Counted from the stretch's first letter, positions 9,419 to 19,940 are shown. The stretch is 64,000 nucleotides of DNA from Nitrosopumilaceae archaeon (GCA_965203465.1 CBDBCR010000004.1:14277-78276), one strand, 5' to 3'. The notes: generated by a model not told the origin, from the sequence alone. Translations and numbers: made by a program.

Positions 9419-10333
9419 TTGGACGTGGACGAGGCCGCCGCGATCGCGGCGGTGGGCGAGGAGAAACTGCGCAAGTGCGGCGGGGCGTGGGGCGGAGGCC
9501 CCGCGATGGCCCCGTGGCTGCAGGACGGCGGGCTGGCGGCCCTGGTTCCGGGAGGCAGAAAGTGGATGAACGTGTTCGTCTGCTTTGGCAAAGGCGCGCC
9601 GGAGGTCTGGTGCGACTGCAGGCAGGCGGGGCCGTACTGCTCCCACTCTGCAGTGCTGATCGCCTATGCGGCCGCCAACTCCGGCTGTCTGAAGGCGGTG
9701 CGCGCCGCAGAAGACGAGGGGATACGCGAGGCGGCAAAAGCCGCGGAACCGCGGGACCGGAAGGCCCTGGCCGCGGCGGCCTCGGGCGAGGATCCCGCCG
9801 ACCGGATGGGCCTGCACCTGCTGAAGCTGCCGCCGCGTGGCCTTCCCCCGCGCGGCATCGACTACGGGCGCGTGCTGGACATGGCGTACGTCAACATGTC
9901 GTCGGACTGCTTTCTGGAAGAGTTTGCCGACGTGGACTTTGGCGTGGCCGAGCGCGTGGCGGGCAGGTTCGCCGCCTCTGGGTACCTGCCGGAGGCGGCG
10001 CGGATATACTGCGTCGTGGCAGAGACCATAGCGAAGAACGTCGCCATCACGGACGACTCCAACGCGCACTATTCCTACTCGCTAAAGACGGCGCTCGAGA
10101 AACTGCAGGGGTGCATGGTGAGCAGGGCGGGGAGGCCGAGGAAAAAGATGCCCGACGGCGAGCGCAAGAGGTGCATTTCCTGGCTGGCGCGGCGCGCGGC
10201 ACTAGACGATCCGGACTTTTTCACCGATGACTTTGAGGCGGCGCTCGATTCGGTGTGCGCCGCGCCGGGGGACGGGGAGTGGCGCGAGGAGCAAGAGAGG
10301 CTGCACTCCGAGCAGTCCGCCGCCCGGAGATAG
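9419..10333 (+). CDS. SWIM zinc-finger protein, paralogue 1
   Basis: CDC-x6-CSH SWIM motif plus helical domain with ITDDSNAHY. Confidence 0.75.
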   Translation: MDVDEAAAIAAVGEEKLRKCGGAWGGGPAMAPWLQDGGLAALVPGGRKWMNVFVCFGKGAPEVWCDCRQAGPYCSHSAVLIAYAAANSGCLKAVRAAEDEGIREAAKAAEPRDRKALAAAASGEDPADRMGLHLLKLPPRGLPPRGIDYGRVLDMAYVNMSSDCFLEEFADVDFGVAERVAGRFAASGYLPEAARIYCVVAETIAKNVAITDDSNAHYSYSLKTALEKLQGCMVSRAGRPRKKMPDGERKRCISWLARRAALDDPDFFTDDFEAALDSVCAAPGDGEWREEQERLHSEQSAARR

Positions 10334-10666
10334 TTTCGGGCCAGGCGCAGCCTCCTTTCGTAAACCGGGCCGTGATCGCACAGGTGCGAAATCTGCGGCG
10401 TGGGGGTCTTTTGAGCCGTTTGATCGATTCTTCCGCGGTCTTTAACGTCGCGGCTTCCGTCGCCATTCCTATACGAGCGCACGGCTTCTCCCCGTCGGCC
10501 AGGGGGGCTCAACCGCGCTCTTTTCTTCGGTTGCCTCCGAACGGCTTTGCCCCGTGCAGCCGTGCCGTCCGGCAATTCGCGGACGCTTTGGGCGGCCCGG
10601 GCAGATTGCGTCGCCGGATCGCGCACGGCCTATACTTAAAACGACGAGGACGAACCCGCAGAATAC

Positions 10667-12245
10667 GATGAATCGACTCGCGGGCCCCATGATCGCAGAG
10701 CATCTGCGCGAACAAAACCCGTGGTGGCTGGACGGGGCATGGGACGAGAAAGACGCGGAGCTGGGGGCGTGGCGCTCCTCGCCGCTGAGGTGCGATCCCC
10801 GGCTGCGCCGCGAGATAGAATACCACTCGGAGCCGTCCAACACGACGGTCTATTCGGTGCGCGGCCCGCTCGGGGCGGGGAAGACCACCATGATAAAGAT
10901 GCAGATCCGCGACCTGATTGCCGGCGGCGCCTGCCCGTGGAACGTGGCGTATTGCTCGTTCGATCTAGGCGGCGAGCCGGCCGACGTGGCCGAGGCGGTC
11001 AAGGCGTACCTTGAGCTGAGCCGCCGGCGCCGTGACGGGCGGCGCTCCTTCCTGTTCCTGGACGAGCTGTCGAACGTGCTGCATTGGCAAAAGGGGGTGA
11101 AATGGCTGGTGGACGCCGGCCTCTTGCGCGACTTCATGCCTCGGCCATCTCCTTGAGCCTGACGCAAGGTGAAATGGCTGGTGGACGCCGGCCTCTTGCG
11201 CGACTTTACGGTGGTGACCGCCGGTTCGACGTCTGCGGACATCAGGAAAGCGACAGAGCTGATGCCCGGCCGGAGGGGGAGGGTGGCGGGCGGCCACGAC
11301 AGGATTCTGTTCCCGATGGGGTTCGGGGATTTTGCCTGCATGATGGACGGAGACGTGCGGGCGATACTGGAGGGCGGCCGGGGCGGGGACCGGCTCTTGG
11401 CCGGCCTGCTGGGGGGCGAGATAGGCGAGGCCGTCGACCGGCTGTCGGCGCACCGCCCCGAGCTGGACAGGCTGCTGGCAGAGTACGCGGTAACCGGGGG
11501 CTTGCCTGCCGTCGTGAACGCAAAGGCGGCGTCCGGCCGCATTCCGGACGGCGCGTACGCGGACTGTGTGGGCAGAATCGCCGAGCAGTGGAGGCAAGCG
11601 TCGGGGAGCGAGGCGCCGCTGGGGCGGCTCGCCGGCGCCGTGGCCGAAAGCGCGGGCCGCCCGTTCTCCTGGAGCCAACTCGCCAAGGACGCCTCTTTGG
11701 GGGGTGCGGGGGCCGCAGCAGAGTGCGTGCAGACGCTGCAAGACATGTTCGTCCTGCACGTGCTGCACGGGTACGACGCTGCGGGAATGCCCGATGCGGA
11801 CGGCAGGAAAAAGGCGTACTTTGGCGATCCGTTCGTGCGCCATGCATTCGGCGCGCCCCGGGAGGGCGGGGGCTTTGGCGCGTCGCTGCGGCGCGCCGGC
11901 GGCGAGCCGGGAATGGGCAGCATAGTGGAGGGCGCCGTCTGCGACTGCCTGGTCCGGCTCGCGCTCCGGTCCGGCTGCAACTTCCTGCAGGATTATTCGG
12001 ACAGCCTCTTTTACTGGCAGGACGGCGAGGGCCGGGAGCTGGATTTCGTGCTGCGCACCCCCGAATACATGGCGCCCGTCGATGTGCGGTTCCGGCAGAC
12101 ACTGGGCGGGCGGGATCTGGCCCCCGTCGCCCGGTTCTTGGACGAGGCCCATGCCGAAAAGGGCATCGTCGTCTCAAAGTCCGCGCTGGAGGAAAAGGCA
12201 GACTACGCGGTGGTGCCCGCGTGCATCTTTCTGCTAGGCGCCTGA
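10667..12245 (+). pseudogene. AAA+ ATPase/DUF4143 (COG1373-like) interrupted by a 72-bp insertion
   Basis: NPWW, Walker A GPLGAGKTT, Walker B FLFLDE, TGGLP, YFGDP, ELDFV; in-frame TGA at 11154-11156 lies within the inserted segment. Confidence 0.85.
11096..11206. repeat. 39-bp exact direct repeat flanking a 33-bp foreign segment
   Basis: GGTGAAATGGCTGGTGGACGCCGGCCTCTTGCGCGACTT at 11096-11134 and 11168-11206. Confidence 0.95.
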
Positions 12246-12377
12246 CGCGCGGCCCCCTGGTCGGTTCAATGGGCGCCGGGGCCGGAGCGCGCCGCTGGAT
12301 CTGGACTGGGATACGGCGGCCGCCGCGGTGGGCCGAAAAGCTGCGCGAGTGCGGCGGGGGCGTGGGGCGGCGGCCCG

Positions 12378-13199
12378 GTGATGGCGCCGTGGCTGCAGGA
12401 AGGCGGTCTGGAGGCGCTGGTTCCGGGCGGCGGGGACTGGATGACCGTGGCCGTCTCCGTCAAAAATGGCGTGCCGGAGGCGCGGTGCGACTGCGGGCAG
12501 GCGGGGCCGTACTGCTCCCACTCGATAGTGGTCATGGCTTACGCGGCCGCCAACGCGGACTATCTGAGGGCGGTGCGCGCCGCAGAAGACGAGGGGATAA
12601 GGGAGGCGGCCAAAATCGCCGAGCCAGAGTACAGAGAGGCGCTGGCCGATGCGGCCCTGGGCGAGGATCCGGCGGACCGGTCGGGGCTGCGCCACATGCA
12701 GCTGACGACGCGGTGCCTCCCCCCGCGCGGCATCGACTACGGGCGCTCGCTCGACATGGGCTACGTCGGCCTGTCGGCGGGCTGCTTTCTGGAAGAGTCT
12801 GTCGACATCGACTTTGACACGGTGGGGCAGATCGCCAGGCGGTTCGCGGCCTCGGGGGACCTGGCAGAGGCGGCGCGGATATACTGCGTCGTGGCAGAGA
12901 CCATAGCGAAGAACGTCGCCATTACGGACGACTCCAACGCGCACTATTCGACGTCGCTCAAGACGGCGCTCGAGGACTTGGGCAGGTGCATGGTGGGCCG
13001 GGCGGGGCGGCCCAGGAAAAAGATGCCCGCCGGCGAGCGCAAAAAGCGCATCTCTTGGCTGGTGCGGCGCGTGGCACTCGACGATCCGGACTTTTTCACC
13101 GAGGACTTTGAGGCGGCGCTCGATTCGGTGTGCGTCGCGCCGGGGGACAGGGAGTGGAGGAGGGAACAGGAGAGGCTGCGCTCTGGATCGACTTTATGA
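12378..13199 (+). CDS. SWIM zinc-finger protein, paralogue 2 (true start probably ~12295, with small indels upstream)
   Basis: CDCGQAGPYCSH; very similar to 9419-10333. Confidence 0.75.
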   Translation: MMAPWLQEGGLEALVPGGGDWMTVAVSVKNGVPEARCDCGQAGPYCSHSIVVMAYAAANADYLRAVRAAEDEGIREAAKIAEPEYREALADAALGEDPADRSGLRHMQLTTRCLPPRGIDYGRSLDMGYVGLSAGCFLEESVDIDFDTVGQIARRFAASGDLAEAARIYCVVAETIAKNVAITDDSNAHYSTSLKTALEDLGRCMVGRAGRPRKKMPAGERKKRISWLVRRVALDDPDFFTEDFEAALDSVCVAPGDREWRREQERLRSGSTL

Positions 13200-13276
13200 G
13201 GACGGCTTGGACTCCACGATCCAAACACAACAGGCATCTTTAGAGTCAATGAGTAAACTCACAAGCTGGTGTTTTC

Positions 13277-13355
13277 TAGAGTCCATGCGTAAACGCGCCG
13301 GTTGGGGTTTTCTAGGCACGGATCTGCGAGATTTGGGAGATTACGCATAACCTCT
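13277..13355. mobile_element. 79-bp MITE-like element, copy 1
   Basis: Imperfect terminal inverted repeats TAGAGTCCATGCGTAA / TTACGCATAACCTCT; 77/79 identical to 19941-20019; a third TIR-like end at 13241-13258. Confidence 0.7.
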
Positions 13356-13453
13356 TATGCACAATTCTGCGAATTCTGGGCGATTGCGCGTGACCTCGCG
13401 GTATTCTGCACTCACTGCACCAATGGGCTCGGTGGCGCACAAGTGATCGAAAC

Positions 13454-15553
13454 TCATGATTTTGTAGTGCCTGCTGGAACAAACAACCCCAATCCGAAGT
13501 GCTTTCCGTATCCTAGCGCCAACGGACCTGTGAACGGCTCTTTGAAATTTATCTCTAGAGAACGCCCGATGCTGGTTATGGGGCCTTTGCCGTTGCGCAT
13601 TGTTTTGAATCGCCGGGTTGGCGTTTTTATGTTCCTGTGTGATACAACTACCAATTCTGAGTCGACGCGTACGCTTTCGACATCTCTTGACATCTCTTTC
13701 TCTATTTGGTCTTTGATTCCAGTTTTCTTTTTCATGTGCCACGGGGTGTAATACGGCGTTACCGACTTCCATTTTTGCGATCTTGCAAACAGGCTGCACT
13801 TCTGACCAAGTTCGACCATCCCGTCGAATCTATTGAAATGCATACGCATTCTCATACTGTTGTCGAACATGTCTGTGATCCCGCTTAGGGCCTGCATTTC
13901 TACACGCCCAAACCCGTATCTGGCGTACACCGCAACGTGGTCGATAAACCCGTCTGCATCTGCATCGTACGGCAACCACAACGCGTGACTGTGGTTGAGT
14001 GGCTCGCTGCTGTGGCCAGATATGGTGGCCGGTATGTTGGATCTCCCGAACAGCCGCTGAAACTTCGACATTGCGGCACGCCTCATAAGATCTGCCACAT
14101 CCACAGTCTTCTCAATCGGGGGGCGATCTCCGAGCAGCGTAAAATATGCCGCTTTGGGCATTTCTCTCGGTGCAAACAAACCGAAACCGGCCTTCTTGTT
14201 ATTCCCTATGGCGAACGCCCCCTTTCTGGCCGCCTTGAATTCTATCTCCAAGTGGGCGGTTCTGCCTGTTGCCCTGGGCAGGCCGTTCCAATAAGGCTCT
14301 TTTCTAGAATCCACAAACGCCACATCGCCTGTTATGCCGTCCTTGCCCAGTGCAGCTATCGCGGCTTCGGCAACATCCGAGCGCAACTCCCGGTGAGCCC
14401 TGACGCGCAAGGCCTTGTCTGCCGCCGTCTTGTCTTTAGCAACGTTTTGTTCCTTGCCGACGTTCAGATCTACCGGCATTACCGAACACCACCGTCTGGA
14501 CCATCCTTTGTACATCTTTTGCACTGGATCGTTGGAATCTTCGAGGCGTATCTGGTACTCGACATCTCCTATCTTTACAAATTGGCCCGATACGTGGGAG
14601 AGAAACCTGTCCCTGACGCCTTCGTCAGTCTTGTGAGAGATCAGAAAAGCTATGCGCCGCACGATGCCGTCTGAATGTTGGCCCAATGTGGGCATGACGA
14701 CCGCGTCTGCATGCAGCATGCTGTTTCCGTCGTACTCGTTTTTCATCCTGTAAAGCTGCTCGACTGCCAGGGGAATCTGGCTGCTGGTCAAGGCCCCTCT
14801 GTTTCCAGCAGCATCGAAAATCCTAAACACGTAGATGTCGGGAGATGGCGTGTGGGTTCTGTACCTCTGAGTGTGATATTTTCTGATCGGGGACGGCTTG
14901 TAAAAACTGTCTCCTGACACCCTGCTTTCAAACTCGCCATGGTGCCTTCTGGCGTCTTCTAGAAGGCCCTCGGCAGGGACTTCGATTCTTTCGCTCCCCT
15001 GCTCGTCTATCACGTAGCACTGCCCGTCGGCTGCGTGTGGGGATTCACGCACGCTGCCGTGCACTGCAACGGGGTCTATTCCCCATCCGAGGACCGGGAT
15101 CTCTTTCGCGAGCTCGCACAGAGTTTCAATGCTATCTGGCTCCTCGTGTGGAATCTCCCAAACATACGTTGCCGTCTCTGTTATGTAGGGCTTCATTGTC
15201 TTGCCGGTGGTCATAGTTTTTTCATCCTTGGGCTCCTTGCCTTCTGCGTACGCCTTGCTGATCACGTCGCCGTCGTTGTTGGGCACGAATATGGTGTATT
15301 CGCACCCCTTGCAACGGTGTGCGTAGATCTTGGGGGGCCCAAATTTCTCGAAAAATTTCAGAGCTTTGTCGCCCCTGTGGAACTCGACCCTTCCAGAGTT
15401 CTGGTGCAGCGCCGCGACGAACGCCAAGAAAAGCCTCCTGGGCGACGGCGGCCATTCCTTCCCGTGGTACCGTCCGAGCAGAAATCTGACTTGGAATGCG
15501 AGATATCTTGGTTTCTTAGCCATTTGCAGCTCTTGCGACATCGATTCCACCAC
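13454..15553 (-). CDS. csb2: Type I-G Cas5/Cas6 fusion Csb2, long form (cassette A)
   Basis: GRYHGKEWPPSPRRLF N-terminus; WKSVTP; C-terminal GPLALGYGKHFGLGLF G-loop. Confidence 0.9.
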   Translation of the reverse strand: MVESMSQELQMAKKPRYLAFQVRFLLGRYHGKEWPPSPRRLFLAFVAALHQNSGRVEFHRGDKALKFFEKFGPPKIYAHRCKGCEYTIFVPNNDGDVISKAYAEGKEPKDEKTMTTGKTMKPYITETATYVWEIPHEEPDSIETLCELAKEIPVLGWGIDPVAVHGSVRESPHAADGQCYVIDEQGSERIEVPAEGLLEDARRHHGEFESRVSGDSFYKPSPIRKYHTQRYRTHTPSPDIYVFRIFDAAGNRGALTSSQIPLAVEQLYRMKNEYDGNSMLHADAVVMPTLGQHSDGIVRRIAFLISHKTDEGVRDRFLSHVSGQFVKIGDVEYQIRLEDSNDPVQKMYKGWSRRWCSVMPVDLNVGKEQNVAKDKTAADKALRVRAHRELRSDVAEAAIAALGKDGITGDVAFVDSRKEPYWNGLPRATGRTAHLEIEFKAARKGAFAIGNNKKAGFGLFAPREMPKAAYFTLLGDRPPIEKTVDVADLMRRAAMSKFQRLFGRSNIPATISGHSSEPLNHSHALWLPYDADADGFIDHVAVYARYGFGRVEMQALSGITDMFDNSMRMRMHFNRFDGMVELGQKCSLFARSQKWKSVTPYYTPWHMKKKTGIKDQIEKEMSRDVESVRVDSELVVVSHRNIKTPTRRFKTMRNGKGPITSIGRSLEINFKEPFTGPLALGYGKHFGLGLFVPAGTTKS

Positions 15554-15563
15554 ACTCAGACAA

Positions 15564-16613
15564 TCATTCGTCTCCGTCTGCCTTTTTCTTATTTTTCTTT
15601 GACATCTTTTCTTTTATCGCCTTTTCTGCCTTTTTCTTCTCAAACCCTGCGCTTCTGTCTTTGCCCACGCCAAAGCCTTCCGCTGCCTTTTGCGCCCATT
15701 TTAGAACCTCGTCATGATCGAAGCTCACATCCTCGCGCTTCCCGTCAGGATACACAAGATTCCACTCTGGATCCCCTTTCTCTGGATCGCGTACGAGAAG
15801 GCACCCTTGTCTTAGATCCCATTCGCGTATAGAGGATGCCGCCACCATGGCTAGGCCCAAAACGTACCTCTGTAGGGCCTCTTGCTCGTTGTCGGATCTG
15901 ATCTTCCTCAGAGCCGCAAAGTTCACCACGACATCTCTTCGTATGGGGCCGCGGGCTATGATGCCTCCGTGCGTGCCGACTGCCGGAGCTTCGTTAAAGC
16001 CGATCTCCGACCTGGCGTCTTTTTCCTTTTTGTCTTTTGCCTCGTTTAGCAGATCCTCGTCGGTGTATTTTATCGGCGGAAAGTATTGTGCGGATCTGCT
16101 CAGCTCGTCCACATCGTACGCCCGTATTGTGGACGAGACTATGCGGGGAACCTTTACTTGCGTGTTCCTGGAATCCCACAGTCCAAACACCAGCGATGTG
16201 GGGGCTATCTTGGCAACGGCCGACGCGTTTCCTGCTTTTAGAGATTTCAGGGCTTCCGTAAGATCCTCGCTGATCGTAGAATGCCTGAGCAGGGCGTCCG
16301 CTGCCCTGTGGCCCACCTCGCACAAGTTCACCGCGTAGTCTGCCGCACTTATCACTACTTGGGGGACAAGCTTGCTGTACGGTTCTTTCATAAAAACGGG
16401 CTCCATCCTGTTCGCCTGCGAGCCTACGCTGTCTACCAAACAAGTCTGCGTCCCGTCTTTCATGGCGTCTATGCAATATGGGCTGTTGGAATCTTTCCCG
16501 CCAGCGAATGTGGGGGGAAAGAACGGCGAATCCTTGCCTTCTACTGGAATCAAGTACTCCCTCAAGACTAGCGCAGAAGCGTCTCCGCTTATCCACTTGT
16601 CCGGCTCTAGCAT
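15564..16613 (-). CDS. cas7: Type I-G Cas7 (Csb1) (cassette A)
   Basis: FFPPTF, DSVGSQANRME, HRAADA, PTSLVFGLWDS, LRQGCLL. Confidence 0.92.
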   Translation of the reverse strand: MLEPDKWISGDASALVLREYLIPVEGKDSPFFPPTFAGGKDSNSPYCIDAMKDGTQTCLVDSVGSQANRMEPVFMKEPYSKLVPQVVISAADYAVNLCEVGHRAADALLRHSTISEDLTEALKSLKAGNASAVAKIAPTSLVFGLWDSRNTQVKVPRIVSSTIRAYDVDELSRSAQYFPPIKYTDEDLLNEAKDKKEKDARSEIGFNEAPAVGTHGGIIARGPIRRDVVVNFAALRKIRSDNEQEALQRYVLGLAMVAASSIREWDLRQGCLLVRDPEKGDPEWNLVYPDGKREDVSFDHDEVLKWAQKAAEGFGVGKDRSAGFEKKKAEKAIKEKMSKKNKKKADGDE

Positions 16614-17350
16614 GGCGTGTCTGCCTCGGACGCTTCTATAAATGTCTTTTTTTGACCGCTCTTTCTAGTACGGGCCCTGAAGTGGCGCGTGCCTGGAAAC
16701 TCCAGAGCGCCTGCCGCTGCGGCCTTGGCTACGATGTTTGGCAGCGGCACCGCCCACGCATTGTAGCAATACTCTTCCCGTGATCTTCTGCTGTTGTGCC
16801 AGCCGTATGCCTGTACCCCCAAGTACGCGAAAAACTCCACCACCGGAAACGATCTCCGCTTCATCTTCTGCTCGTTTAGAGAAAACCCCACATCCAGAGT
16901 GTTCCACGAGGTGTGTGTATCAAACCCCGACGGCACATCGATCACGCTGCTGCCCCACAACTCTTTTGCGTCGCTCGTTTCGTGCACCTTCATGTGTTCT
17001 ATCCACCTGCCTACCACGTCGTGGGATTTTTCCTGTCCTGCAAACAGCTTTATTTCCGGCCTGTTGTCAAAATGTTCCCAGAAATCTAGACGCGTGTTTA
17101 TTTTTCCTCCAAGGTGAATGGGAGATGCGCTTTCATCGCCGGCCGGTATGTCGATGCGGGACGCCTCGTTGACTATTGCCTGTATGGGATCTTTTTGTTC
17201 TGTTTCCAACACGAATTCGCCTCCGTCAAAACTCCCGCGAACTGCGCCAAGAACGCGATCTACAGCGTGCAGTATGCCACAGCACGCAAAGAAATGACCG
17301 GGATTGAGCAAGTCTACCGGCAATCTGGTCTCGATCGCATTCCCGTTCAT
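16607..17350 (-). CDS. cas8: Type I-G small Cas8-like large subunit (cassette A)
   Basis: VDLLNPGHFFACCG N-terminus, DVGFS, VEFFAYLGVQ; ATGA-coupled to cas3. Confidence 0.8.
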   Translation of the reverse strand: MNGNAIETRLPVDLLNPGHFFACCGILHAVDRVLGAVRGSFDGGEFVLETEQKDPIQAIVNEASRIDIPAGDESASPIHLGGKINTRLDFWEHFDNRPEIKLFAGQEKSHDVVGRWIEHMKVHETSDAKELWGSSVIDVPSGFDTHTSWNTLDVGFSLNEQKMKRRSFPVVEFFAYLGVQAYGWHNSRRSREEYCYNAWAVPLPNIVAKAAAAGALEFPGTRHFRARTRKSGQKKTFIEASEADTPC

Positions 17351-19854
17351 CGTGACTTCCCCACATTGTTTGACGCACTCCAGTCGGCGCCTCTCAAAAG
17401 TCCCTCCAACCACGCCAGCCCGAACGCGCCGAATCTTTTTTGCAAGTTTGCGTATCGCTCGGCCACGCGGGTTAGTATCTGATCGTCACCGTCCAAGTTC
17501 ATGGCTTTGTTGTCCCTTGCCTCTGGTCTGAAGCACGGCCTTGCCCATCCGTGGTGGGAGGCCACCAGGTGGAGGACCAGATCAGCTTCATCGCCAAGTT
17601 CGTCGCGGGGCATTTTCTCAAGCATGTGCGTGGAGCACAGTTCATGCCGAAACCTGCCCATGTTGAGTGGACTCTTCCGGCTAGCGGTTTTTGCAAGGGG
17701 CATTTTGTCGGGTTCTACATGCATCCACGCTTGCCACTTCTCGTTTTCTTTTCCTTTGTCGTGGTACCCCGCCGCTGTTATTATGGCATTTTTCACGGCC
17801 TCTGGCATATTTGAGTACGGCTTTACCATGTCTGCAGCTTTTTCTTTCACGTCTTTTAGATGATCGTCCAGATTCTGTTCTACCAACGTGCGCGACTGCT
17901 GTCCAATCCTCCTTGCATAGTATCGGATCTTTGTATCTGGAGAGTCCTCGTCTGGCTTTGTGATGTCGATCTCGTACACTAGCTTCATTTTAGAGCTGTC
18001 GAGCCATTTGCCGATCTCACGCACTTTCGGCAAACCCCCGATCTGTTTTATCGCATCCTGCGCATCGTCCATCTTCTCTACCAAAACTCTGCACCGGGAA
18101 TACCCGCTCAGACCTTCGGTGTCTTGTCCGTTGCTCGAAATGTCTGCGACATCTCTCACTGGCGAGGTTTCTCCAGGACTCAGGAACCCGCGCTTGTCGA
18201 GGCCGCCAAAATCCGTGGGCAACACAACAGTCGAGAAATACAGATCTTCTTTTTTGACATCTGACGTTGTCTGCTTTTTACACTGCCCGTCGTCTTTTAT
18301 TACCATTATCTGCCCGCTTCTACTTTTTAGAAACTTGTACACTTCGTCAGTGTACTCGCGTAGCGTCTCTTTGGGCAGGATCCTGTAGTTGTCGAACACA
18401 TCACCAGCATCATCATCATTTTTCAAGTACTTTGCGTCTTCTCTCCAACACACGTACGTGTCTGGTCTGGCCTTGTCTTCGTCCCCACGTAGCCAAAACC
18501 TCACATGAGGCCTTGACCGGTATTCTCTATATATGGAAGTCATGGACCATGAATCCAGCAAGTCTTTTGTCAATGGCTGGGTTTTAGGCTTGGACGCAAA
18601 CATCCTGTCCATGTCGCCTTCGCCCAGACCTTCCAACACCTTGCTTAGGGCCTGCGGACTTCCATCGTGCATATTACGTTCAACCAGAAACTTGACCGTC
18701 TCTGCCGCAGATCCTTTTTCGTTGCCGTTATAGATTAGAGTGGCGGTGGCTTTTCGGTCTTTCCCTCCAGTGCGATTGAGGCGCCCAAGCCTCTGTATGA
18801 GAGAATCCAGCGTTGTGGCATCGCATACCATGTGATCCGCATCAAAGTCTGCGCCCACCTCGCCGGCGGATGTGGCCACCATGTACGATGGCTCTCCGCC
18901 GTGTTTGCCTAGGAAAGCCTTGTATGCTTTTTTCTCGGACAACCTGTCTCGTTCAAACCCGCGTATAGTGCCGGTCAAAACCACCACCTCGTGTTCTTTC
19001 TCTAGGTTTTTTGATATTTTTAGGGCGTCTTTGGGACTCCTTACGTAGATCATGACTCTTCCAGGTTTTGACTCTGCGTGTCTTGCTATCTCGTCTGCCA
19101 CGTTGACTTGCGGGGGAATTTTCTTCAACTCCAGCTTCTTCACCGCCCTATACCTGTCTTCCACTACAGCGTTGTGCATGTCGTCGCTCCCCAACCTTAT
19201 GATGTTGTTGCCCTTTCTGTGTTGTGTAGCTGACATGAAGAGTGTTCTTGGTGGGTACAGACGATCGGCGTTTTTCACGTTGGATATGTCCTCCACATCT
19301 CTAAGAAGATTTTCCATGGCTGGCGATAGATGTGTCTCGTCCAGAACTAGGAGCGAATCCTGTCCCAAGAGTCCGGCGTAAAAAGATCTGACCTTTCTTC
19401 CTACTCCGTACCCAGAGAACAAGAGGCGGCTTCCTATCATGTCTATGGTGCCTATTATTATGGCCGGCATGTGTGGCTCTTCCAGCCACTTTCTGTTGTC
19501 TTCCAGGCCTCCGCCTCCTCGGAGTTTGCTTATGTTCAGGCTCCCGATCTTGGATCTGTAGTTGTTGTCTGCTTCTATTTTTTTGCGCAGTTTGTCTGCT
19601 TCATCGGAAGCCTGATCAACTATCACGCGCCTATCCACAATATAGACAAGTCTTGTAGGCACGTGATCATGTCCGCGAATTCTTGTATGTGTTAAGGCAA
19701 GCATCCATATGTGCATGATCGATGTTTTGCCCAGACCTGTGGGAATGTCCATCGTATCGGGAATGTCGCCTTTTACGAGCATGTCGAACATCCTTTGTTG
19801 CCATGGGTATGGCGCATGCCCGGTTATGGCCTCGAAATCCTCGGCAAAGCCCAT
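17347..19854 (-). CDS. cas3: Type I-G Cas3 helicase with C-terminal HD nuclease (cassette A)
   Basis: PYPWQ, PTGLGKT, VDRRVIVDQ, DETHL, QRLGRLNR; C-terminal HDKGK...RHE...HHG...ADW. Confidence 0.95.
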   Translation of the reverse strand: MGFAEDFEAITGHAPYPWQQRMFDMLVKGDIPDTMDIPTGLGKTSIMHIWMLALTHTRIRGHDHVPTRLVYIVDRRVIVDQASDEADKLRKKIEADNNYRSKIGSLNISKLRGGGGLEDNRKWLEEPHMPAIIIGTIDMIGSRLLFSGYGVGRKVRSFYAGLLGQDSLLVLDETHLSPAMENLLRDVEDISNVKNADRLYPPRTLFMSATQHRKGNNIIRLGSDDMHNAVVEDRYRAVKKLELKKIPPQVNVADEIARHAESKPGRVMIYVRSPKDALKISKNLEKEHEVVVLTGTIRGFERDRLSEKKAYKAFLGKHGGEPSYMVATSAGEVGADFDADHMVCDATTLDSLIQRLGRLNRTGGKDRKATATLIYNGNEKGSAAETVKFLVERNMHDGSPQALSKVLEGLGEGDMDRMFASKPKTQPLTKDLLDSWSMTSIYREYRSRPHVRFWLRGDEDKARPDTYVCWREDAKYLKNDDDAGDVFDNYRILPKETLREYTDEVYKFLKSRSGQIMVIKDDGQCKKQTTSDVKKEDLYFSTVVLPTDFGGLDKRGFLSPGETSPVRDVADISSNGQDTEGLSGYSRCRVLVEKMDDAQDAIKQIGGLPKVREIGKWLDSSKMKLVYEIDITKPDEDSPDTKIRYYARRIGQQSRTLVEQNLDDHLKDVKEKAADMVKPYSNMPEAVKNAIITAAGYHDKGKENEKWQAWMHVEPDKMPLAKTASRKSPLNMGRFRHELCSTHMLEKMPRDELGDEADLVLHLVASHHGWARPCFRPEARDNKAMNLDGDDQILTRVAERYANLQKRFGAFGLAWLEGLLRGADWSASNNVGKSR

Positions 19855-19940
19855 CACCAATCTGATTCTGGCCCATTTATTATATTTTTACTGGGATTGG
19901 GCGCTTTGCTGATGCGAACTATGGGGTCGTGCTTTCCTAT

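Noticed and set aside
10334-10660. Possible decayed gene on the minus strand between SWIM1 and the ATPase
   Set aside because: Fragmentary; family cannot be supported without a search
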